DNA from: an uncultured Actinomycetes bacterium
Lineage (GTDB): Bacteria; Actinomycetota; UBA4738; HRBIN12
DNA length: 64,000 nucleotides
Assembly (NCBI GenBank): GCA_963792215.1
Contig: CAWBVL010000008.1
Coordinates: forward strand, 483,655 to 547,654
Reading direction: 5' to 3'
The notes beneath the pieces are model-generated. The model had not been told where the DNA came from and did no database searches. It saw only the letters and a program-made list of their open reading frames with translations. The position numbers were made by a program, and so were the translations under genes. Every line of letters begins with the position of its first letter. The stretch's first letter is position 1. Below are positions 57,874 to 64,000 of the stretch, one piece after another.

Positions 57874-59310
57874 TTGGCCACGACGAAGACCACACGCACG
57901 GATACGTTGACCGCGGTGATCCTGGCCGCCGGCAAGGGCAAGCGGCTGAAGTCCGCCCGCCCCAAGGTGCTGCACCCGATCTGCGGGAAGCCCGCTTTGT
58001 GGCACGTGGTCCAGGCGGCGCTCGGCGCCAAGCCCTCGAAGATCGTGATCGTCGTAGGCCACGGCGCCGACGACGTCCGTGAGGCCGTCGCCACGTGGGG
58101 TATCACTCCCAAGCCCGTGTTCGTCGAACAGGAGACCCAGCTCGGCACCGGTCACGCGGTCGCCGCCGCGGAGAAGGCGGTCGGACGCAGCGCCGACGTG
58201 CTCGTGCTCGGCGGTGACTACGACCCGATCACCACCGATGACGTCAAGGAGCTCGTCAGGACGCACCGGCGCACGAAGAGCGCGGCGACGATGGCCACCG
58301 CCGAGGTCGACGATCCAGGCGGCTACGGGCGTGTGATCCGCGACGGCGACCGGCTCGTCGAGATCGTCGAACACGTCGACGCGACGCCGGCACAACGCGC
58401 GATCGGCGAGGTGTGGCTGGTGGCGACGGTCTTCCGCCGGGAGGATCTCTTCCGGACGCTGCCGGCCGTCGGCAACGACAACCGCCAACGGGAGTACTAC
58501 CTGAACAGCGTGTTCCCGATCCTGCTCGAGAAGGGGGAGTCTGTCGCGGCGGTCACGGTCGACACCGGCGGCGTGATGGGGCTCAACTCCCGCAACGGCC
58601 TCGCGGCGGTGACCCGCGTGGTGCGCGAGCGGATCAACGCGATGCACATGGCTAACGGCGTCACGCTGCTCGACCCCGACACCACGTACATCGATGTCGG
58701 CGTCACGATCGGCGCCGAGACCACGATCTTGCCGAACACGACGATCCAGGGTGAGACGCGCATCGGCAAGGACTGCCGCATCGGCCCGACCGTGCAGATC
58801 GGCGACACGACGGTCGGCAACGGCGCGACGATCCGGTTCGCCGTGGTGGAAGGGGCGACGCTCAAGCGGAACGTGACCGTCGGGCCGTTCGCGCGGATCC
58901 GTCCGGGAACGACGCTTGCCGACAACGTCATCATCGGCTCCTACGTCGAGGTGAAGAACAGCGACATCGCCACCGACGCGAAGGTGCCACACCTGTCCTA
59001 TGTCGGCGACGCGAGCGTCGGCAAGCGGACGAACATCGGCGCGGCGAACGTCACCGCGAACTGGGATGGCTACGACAAGCACCACACCGAGATCGGCGCC
59101 GATGTGCGCACCGGCTCCGATACCATCATGGTGGCGCCGGTCACGATCGGTGACGGCGCGATGACGGGGGCGGGGTCGGTGATCAGCAAGGACGTGCCGG
59201 CGGGCTCGCTCGCCGTCGAACGCACCGAACAGCGCAACATCACCGGGTACCGCAAGCGCAAGGACGCGGAGCACCGCGCCAAAGGTAAGGACCGACGCAA
59301 GGGGGGGTAG
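57874..59310 (+). CDS. glmU: Bifunctional GlcNAc-1-P uridyltransferase/acetyltransferase
   Basis: LAAGKGKRLKS..PKVLH, QLGTGHA, hexapeptide repeats, HLSYVGD. Confidence 0.97.
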   Translation: MATTKTTRTDTLTAVILAAGKGKRLKSARPKVLHPICGKPALWHVVQAALGAKPSKIVIVVGHGADDVREAVATWGITPKPVFVEQETQLGTGHAVAAAEKAVGRSADVLVLGGDYDPITTDDVKELVRTHRRTKSAATMATAEVDDPGGYGRVIRDGDRLVEIVEHVDATPAQRAIGEVWLVATVFRREDLFRTLPAVGNDNRQREYYLNSVFPILLEKGESVAAVTVDTGGVMGLNSRNGLAAVTRVVRERINAMHMANGVTLLDPDTTYIDVGVTIGAETTILPNTTIQGETRIGKDCRIGPTVQIGDTTVGNGATIRFAVVEGATLKRNVTVGPFARIRPGTTLADNVIIGSYVEVKNSDIATDAKVPHLSYVGDASVGKRTNIGAANVTANWDGYDKHHTEIGADVRTGSDTIMVAPVTIGDGAMTGAGSVISKDVPAGSLAVERTEQRNITGYRKRKDAEHRAKGKDRRKGG

Positions 59311-59312
59311 CC

Positions 59313-60299
59313 GTGGAGATCATCACCAAGAAGCGGATGATGCTGTACTCCGGCACCATTCACCCGACGCTCGCCCACGAGATCGCCGACAACCTCGGCA
59401 TCCCGGTGAGCCAGGGCGAGCTCCGCCGGTTCGCCTCCGGCGAGATCTATTTCCGAGCCGACGAATCGGTGCGAGGCGCCGACGTGTTCGTGGTGCAGTC
59501 GCACTTCGAACCGATCAACGAAGCGCTGATGGAGCAGGTCATCATCATCGACGCGATGAAGCGTGCGAGCGCCAAGCGCATCACCGCCGTCGTGCCGTAC
59601 TACGGCTACTCCCGGCAGGACAAGAAGACGCTGTCGCGCGAGCCGATCAGCGCGAAGCTGATCGCCGACATGCTGTCGGTCGCCGGCGCCGACCGGATCG
59701 TGTCGGTCGACCTGCACTCCGGCCAGATCCAGGGCTATTTCAACGGACCGTTCGACCACCTGACGGCCTTGCCGCTGCTCTCGACTTACCTGAAGGACGA
59801 GCTCGGGCTCTCCGGCAACGACCTCGTCGTGGTCGCCCCCGACGCCGGCCGGATCAAGACGTCGGAGAAGCTCCGCGAGTACCTGCACGCCGACCTGGCG
59901 TACATCTACAAGCGGCGCTCACGCCACGAGGCGCACAAGATCTCCGAGATGCGCCTCGTGTACGAGGAGGACATCTCCGGACGGCCGTGCGTGATGGTCG
60001 ACGACATGATCGACACCGCCGGTACGCTCGTGCAGGGTGTGAACGTGCTCGCGAGCATGGGCGCCGGCCCGATCTTCGCGGGCGCGACGCACGCGATCTT
60101 CTCGGGCAAGGCGCGTCAGACCCTCGAGGAGGCGCCGATCGAGCAGGTGATCGTCACGAACACGGTCCCGATCCCCGAGGAAAAGCAGTTCTCGAAGCTG
60201 CGCGTGCTGTCGATCGCGCCGCTCGTGGCATCTGCCCTCCGTGCGGTGTTTGAGGAATCGAGCGTGAGCGAGATCTTCGGCGGCGCCAACCAGGTCTAG
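59313..60299 (+). CDS. prs: Ribose-phosphate pyrophosphokinase
   Basis: YGYSRQD, DLHSGQIQG, VDDMIDTAGT. Confidence 0.97.
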   Translation: MEIITKKRMMLYSGTIHPTLAHEIADNLGIPVSQGELRRFASGEIYFRADESVRGADVFVVQSHFEPINEALMEQVIIIDAMKRASAKRITAVVPYYGYSRQDKKTLSREPISAKLIADMLSVAGADRIVSVDLHSGQIQGYFNGPFDHLTALPLLSTYLKDELGLSGNDLVVVAPDAGRIKTSEKLREYLHADLAYIYKRRSRHEAHKISEMRLVYEEDISGRPCVMVDDMIDTAGTLVQGVNVLASMGAGPIFAGATHAIFSGKARQTLEEAPIEQVIVTNTVPIPEEKQFSKLRVLSIAPLVASALRAVFEESSVSEIFGGANQV

Positions 60300-60402
60300 A
60301 GGGTCGGCCCCGCGAACCTCTGACCAAGGCGTCCCTAGGCGTCCGAGGCGGGCTTCCGGTACCATCGGCGGGTTCCCCCACCGAGGCGAGGTTCAACGAC
60401 CC

Positions 60403-61095
60403 ATGGAAACCGTCCTGAAGGCCACCGCGCGCGACGGCCGCGGCAAAGGCGCCGCCCGCCGGCTCCGCGCGGAGGGGCTCGTGCCCGGGGTGCTCTACGG
60501 CCACGGCCTGGAGCCGGTCTCGATATCGATGTCGAGCCAGGACCTGCTCCACTTCTTCCACGCGACGCACGGCGCCGCGACGGTCGTCGACCTCGACGTA
60601 GACGGCAAGAAGCACCTCGCGATCCCGCGTGAGATCCAGCGCGACCACCTGCACGGGCGGTACGTGCATATCGACTTCCTCGAGGTGCGCCGCGACGAGA
60701 AGGTCAAGATGTCCGTCGACATCCACGAGACCGGCGAGGCTCCCGGCGTCAAGACCGGCGGCGTGATCGAGCACCACTTGCGCGAGGTCGAGATCGAGTG
60801 TCTCCCGGGCGACGTGCCCGAGCAGATCACGGCGGACGTGAGCTCGCTGGAGCTCGGCGACATGCTCCGGCTCGGCGACATCACCCCGCCCGACGGCGTG
60901 ACGTTCCTCACCGATCCGAACACGCCCGTGATCTCCGTGATCACGCCGGCCGCGCTCCGTACCGAGGCCGACCTGCTGCTTCCCGGCGAAGAGGCTGCCC
61001 CAGAGGCTGCCGAGGCTGCCGAGGCCCCGTCGGAGGAAGGCGCGCCGGAGGGCGGCGAGGCGCCCACCGAGCCCGAGCCCGAACCCGAGGGCTAA
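60403..61095 (+). CDS. rplY: 50S ribosomal protein L25/general stress protein Ctc
   Basis: GKGAARRLR..G.VPGVLYG, HIDF; acidic tail. Confidence 0.95.
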   Translation: METVLKATARDGRGKGAARRLRAEGLVPGVLYGHGLEPVSISMSSQDLLHFFHATHGAATVVDLDVDGKKHLAIPREIQRDHLHGRYVHIDFLEVRRDEKVKMSVDIHETGEAPGVKTGGVIEHHLREVEIECLPGDVPEQITADVSSLELGDMLRLGDITPPDGVTFLTDPNTPVISVITPAALRTEADLLLPGEEAAPEAAEAAEAPSEEGAPEGGEAPTEPEPEPEG

Positions 61096-61104
61096 CCGCC
61101 CTCG

Positions 61105-61686
61105 ATGGCCTGGCTCATCGCGGGCCTGGGCAATCCCGGCGAGGAGTACGCCCGCACCCGGCACAACGCCGGCCGGCTCGCGCTCGACGATCTTGCGCAG
61201 CGTCACGGTGCACGACTGCGAAAGGTCCGCTTCCAAGCGGCGGAGGCCGACGACGTGCGGATCGGTGGCGAGACCGTGTGGCTGGCGGGCTCGACCCGCT
61301 TCATGAATGAGTCGGGTCCAACGTACGCGAGCCTGGCCCGCAAGCACGGTATCGAGCCCGATCACGTGATCGCGGTACACGACGAGATCGAGATCCCGCC
61401 CGACGAGCTGATGGTGAAGCTCGGTGGTGGGAGCGCCGGCCACAACGGCATCCGTTCGCTCGCGCAGGCGCTCGGGAGCCAAGACTTCTATCGCGTGCGG
61501 ATCGGGGTGGGGCGGCCGCCCGGCCGGCAAGACCCGGCCGATTTCGCGCTGCAGCGGGTCGCGACGAGCGCGTGGGACGACTTCGCGGTGAGCATCGCCC
61601 GAGCGGCCGACGCCGTGGAATGCCTGCTCACCGAGGGTCTCGAGTCTGCGCAGCAACGGTTCAACCGCCGCGCGGGTCGTTCGTAG
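61105..61686 (+). CDS. pth: Peptidyl-tRNA hydrolase
   Basis: GLGNPG..TRHN, FMNESG, HDEI, GHNGIRS. Confidence 0.97.
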   Translation: MAWLIAGLGNPGEEYARTRHNAGRLALDDLAQRHGARLRKVRFQAAEADDVRIGGETVWLAGSTRFMNESGPTYASLARKHGIEPDHVIAVHDEIEIPPDELMVKLGGGSAGHNGIRSLAQALGSQDFYRVRIGVGRPPGRQDPADFALQRVATSAWDDFAVSIARAADAVECLLTEGLESAQQRFNRRAGRS

Positions 61687-61821
61687 CAACGCCCCTTCTG
61701 TCTCTCTGTTGGTCCTACTCAGCATCCGGTATCGGCCCATCGGGGTTCTCGACCGTCGCCCGATGTGGGGACAGAGCGCGAGGGCCGACACTTCTCGAGA
61801 ACTCACCAAGGAGGTGATCGG

Positions 61822-61920
61822 ATGCGAGCGAAACTTGGACGGTGGAAGCACTTGATGTTCACCGCCGCCACGCTGGCAACGCTGGCGCTCGCTGGTGGTG
61901 CGAAGTTCCGGCCGAACTAG
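61822..61920 (+). CDS. Small signal-peptide-like peptide A1 (32 aa): MRAKLGRWKHLMFTAATLATLALAGGAKFRPN
   Basis: AAGGAGGTGA Shine-Dalgarno at 61808-61817; 23/32 identical to A2. Confidence 0.85.
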   Translation: MRAKLGRWKHLMFTAATLATLALAGGAKFRPN

Positions 61921-61946
61921 GCCCGCGACGTTTGAGAGGAGCAACG

Positions 61947-62027
61947 ATGCTTCGCAAGATCATGTACTCCCTCGGCGCGTTGGCCGTCCTGGCCATGGCC
62001 GTGGGTGCGGGCTTCCGCCCGAACTAG
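61947..62027 (+). CDS. Small signal-peptide-like peptide B1 (26 aa): MLRKIMYSLGALAVLAMAVGAGFRPN
   Basis: GAGAGGAG RBS; 24/26 identical to B2. Confidence 0.88.
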   Translation: MLRKIMYSLGALAVLAMAVGAGFRPN

Positions 62028-62046
62028 GGATCAACGATCCACAGAT

Positions 62047-62092
62047 GAGACCCTCGGGATCGTCGGCTCACCCCGACGCTCCCGAGGGTCTC
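62047..62092 (+). terminator. Long hairpin after peptide pair A1-B1
   Basis: GAGACCCTCGGGA / TCCCGAGGGTCTC (13 bp perfect) plus inner CGTCGG/CCGACG. Confidence 0.7.
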
Positions 62093-62248
62093 GTTGCGCC
62101 TGCGGGGGAGTCGCTATGACCCGCGAGCGGTAGACCGAAAGACCTACTCGATCTTCGGAGGTGGCCTACAGGAGTTCCGTTACGAAGACCGATGTCGCGG
62201 CCCCAGCGGTACGCGAAACTCCGGGGACGTTACGAGGAGGTGTTGTGG

Positions 62249-62347
62249 ATGCGAGCGAAGTGGAACAGCGTGAAGCACCTGCTGTTCGCGGCGGCTGCGC
62301 TGGCGACGCTGGCACTCGCAGCCGGCGCGAAGTACCGCCCGAACTAG
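62249..62347 (+). CDS. Small signal-peptide-like peptide A2 (32 aa): MRAKWNSVKHLLFAAAALATLALAAGAKYRPN
   Basis: AGGAGGTG Shine-Dalgarno at 62235-62242; paralog of A1. Confidence 0.85.
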   Translation: MRAKWNSVKHLLFAAAALATLALAAGAKYRPN

Positions 62348-62379
62348 GGCCCGAACCACCACGCTGGAGAGGAGAAATC

Positions 62380-62460
62380 GTGCTTCGCAAGATCGTGTAC
62401 TCCCTCGGTGCGCTTGCGGTTCTCGCCCTTGCGGTGGGCGCCGGATTCCGCCCGAACTAA
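62380..62460 (+). CDS. Small signal-peptide-like peptide B2 (26 aa): MLRKIVYSLGALAVLALAVGAGFRPN
   Basis: GAGAGGAG RBS, GTG start; paralog of B1. Confidence 0.88.
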   Translation: MLRKIVYSLGALAVLALAVGAGFRPN

Positions 62461-62479
62461 GCAGCTCGAGCAGCAACAG

Positions 62480-62527
62480 CGAGGCCCCCAGATGGTTCGA
62501 CAGCCGTCGAGCCGCTTGGGGGCCTCG
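62480..62527 (+). terminator. Long hairpin after peptide pair A2-B2
   Basis: CGAGGCCCCCA / TGGGGGCCTCG (11 bp perfect) plus inner TGGTTCGAC/GTCGAGCCG. Confidence 0.7.
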
Positions 62528-62577
62528 TCGGTTGCAGTGGAACTTCAGTTGGCTGGTTCGATTCCGATAGGACGCTC

Positions 62578-63144
62578 ATGAGACTCATGGCGATCTGCAT
62601 GGCCATCATCGTGGCCATCGGGTTCCTACTGGGTGGCCGACTGCGCAACGTGTCCGACCTCAGGATCGACTGGGCCTGGCTGGCCCTCGTCGGCCTGGCA
62701 TTGCAGTTCGTAACCGGGCCCGGGTCGACCGTGCCGCTCGTGTGTCTGTACCTATCGTTCGCGTTCTTGATCGTGTTCACGATCAAGAACATCCGGGTAT
62801 TCGGATTCCCGGTGATCTTGGCCGGGGTGCTCTGCAACCTCCTCGTGATCGGGATCAACGGCGGGATGCCGGTCTCCAAGCACGCCCTTCGCGCTTCCGA
62901 CCAAGGCCAGTTCCTGGGGGAGCTCGAGAACAACCCGTACCCGAAGCATCACCTTGCGACCGACGACGACCTCTTGCGGTTCCTAGGAGACGCAATCCCA
63001 CTGCCGTCGCCGATCGAACAGGCGATCAGCGTGGGCGACATCCTCACGTACGGTGGCGTCGGCATGGTGATCGTCGGCGCGATGCGCAGGCCTCGGGAGA
63101 TCGAGCCCGTCGCGAACCAAGAGGTGGCGCATGCCGGCGGATGA
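62578..63144 (+). CDS. DUF5317 family membrane protein (candidate aspartic intramembrane peptidase)
   Basis: LLGGRL..L, LALQ, CNLLVIGINGGMPV, LGDAIP..SVGD pattern recognised as DUF5317. Confidence 0.8.
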   Translation: MRLMAICMAIIVAIGFLLGGRLRNVSDLRIDWAWLALVGLALQFVTGPGSTVPLVCLYLSFAFLIVFTIKNIRVFGFPVILAGVLCNLLVIGINGGMPVSKHALRASDQGQFLGELENNPYPKHHLATDDDLLRFLGDAIPLPSPIEQAISVGDILTYGGVGMVIVGAMRRPREIEPVANQEVAHAGG

Positions 63145-64000
63145 CCTGACCGACGTCGATCTCGTCCCCGGGGAGGTCGCCGATCAGGAGACGATGCCGC
63201 CACGCACACGGGCGGTGAAGATCTACGAGATCGCGGTTTCGGTTCCCGTCATCGTGATCATCGCGTGGTCGCTCTTCCTGGATCCGAGCGTGCTCCAAAG
63301 CAGTCCGCATCCGTGGCAGATCTTCGTCTGGATCATCGCGATCGCGGCGGTCGACCTCATGCCGGTGCCGACGGCGATGTCGAGCGTCGCGTTCAGTCTC
63401 TCGTTCCCGATCGAGCTGTCGGTGGCGATGTTGTTCCCCGTGCCCGTTGCGGGGCTGATCGCGCTGCTCGGAACCTCCGACAACCGCGAGTTCCGCGGCG
63501 AGCTGCCGTTCTTCAAGGGACTGTTCATCCGGACACAGGTCGCAGCAGCAGCCCTGTGCGAGAGCATCGTCTTTCACCGCTTGTATCCGGACTGGGCGCA
63601 GTTGGGAGTGTCCGATTACAGGGCGGTCGTTTGGAGGGTCGCACTCGCCGTCGTCTGCGCGTCCGTGGTGGGGTATCTCATCAACATCTTCTTCGTCGCG
63701 GTCTACAACTACTTCTGGCTGGGCGAGAGCCCGATGAAATTCGTCCGAGAAGTCCACGCGGGCGTGTTCGGGGAATTCCTCATCGCGTACATGGGCCTCG
63801 CGCTCTTCAGCGTGCTCGTGATCACGGGCTATTCACGCTACGGGATCTTCTCGGTCGCCATCTTCTTGGCGCCGTTGCTGTTCGCCAGGCAGATGTTCCA
63901 ACGAACGCACTCGTTGCAACAGGCGACCGACGAGCTCGCGGTCAGACAAGCCGAGAACGAACATCAGGCCCTGCATGACTCCTTGACCGGCATGCCCAAC
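63131..64000 (+). CDS. Multi-TM sensor fused to start of GGDEF domain (diguanylate cyclase/phosphodiesterase), 3' end truncated
   Basis: Frame open to window end; about 7-8 TM segments, short helical linker, then QALHDSLTGMPN; overlaps DUF5317 gene by 14 nt. Confidence 0.8.
   Translation, partial: MPADDLTDVDLVPGEVADQETMPPRTRAVKIYEIAVSVPVIVIIAWSLFLDPSVLQSSPHPWQIFVWIIAIAAVDLMPVPTAMSSVAFSLSFPIELSVAMLFPVPVAGLIALLGTSDNREFRGELPFFKGLFIRTQVAAAALCESIVFHRLYPDWAQLGVSDYRAVVWRVALAVVCASVVGYLINIFFVAVYNYFWLGESPMKFVREVHAGVFGEFLIAYMGLALFSVLVITGYSRYGIFSVAIFLAPLLFARQMFQRTHSLQQATDELAVRQAENEHQALHDSLTGMPN

Noticed and set aside
524-61944. Many long antisense or alternate-frame ORFs in the track (e.g. 524-2506, 24418-26712, 57250-59274, 60154-61944)
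   Set aside because: Arg/Pro/Ala-rich shadow frames of motif-bearing genes, expected at this GC content
62120-62235. c-di-GMP-I (GEMM) riboswitch before peptide A2
   Set aside because: ACGCGAAACTCCGGGG resembles part of the motif, but the GGCAAAC and GNRA-capped P2 elements are not found; an Infernal scan would settle it
61842-62460. Track ORFs 61842-62027 (61 aa) and 62161-62460 (99 aa) as real proteins
   Set aside because: Their N-terminal parts are out-of-frame readings of peptides A1/A2. The SD-supported starts at 61947 and 62380 give matching 26-aa paralogs.
61822-62460. Recurring CCGAACTA motif as a CRISPR or non-coding repeat array
   Set aside because: Spacing is irregular (about 107, 320 and 113 bp), no cas genes are present, and the divergence is codon-structured, so the repeats are coding
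61822-62527. Peptides as lanthipeptide, lasso or other modified RiPP precursors
   Set aside because: No Cys, little Ser/Thr in the tail and no modifying enzyme nearby. Type I toxin remains a weaker alternative: no Fst/Ldr motif, and the polar tail is invariant.

Overview
High-GC bacterial DNA with actinobacterial gene order and many apparently leaderless TANNNT promoters. From left to right: (1) a molybdo-hydroxylase/CODH-type cluster (mocA, xdhC, coxS, coxM, coxD, coxE) with no large subunit in the window, interleaved with three paralogous pilin-like genes and an MscS gene; (2) a split glcDE/glcF set; (3) a sugar uptake and catabolism region (two PfkB kinases, ABC transporter, SIS, DeoR, GH4, DUF2090); (4) mixed accessory genes; (5) the conserved core block rsmI-metG-tatD-rpfB-like-rsmA-ispE-tRNA-Gln-glmU-prs-rplY-pth, with a parS-like site and a 6.5 kb accessory block between the tRNA and glmU. 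The strongest novel signal lies after pth. Four tiny ORFs, none called at its correct start in the ORF track, are arranged (A-B)x2, with A = 32 aa and B = 26 aa. Each looks like a signal peptide ending in GA[KG][FY]RPN-stop, each has a Shine-Dalgarno site, the B pair differs mostly by synonymous changes, and a long hairpin follows each pair. They sit directly upstream of a DUF5317 membrane protein (possibly an LspA-like aspartic peptidase) coupled to a multi-TM sensor that begins a GGDEF domain. This suggests a peptide-pheromone, intramembrane-peptidase and c-di-GMP signalling module. All functional calls are by motif recognition only; no searches were run.
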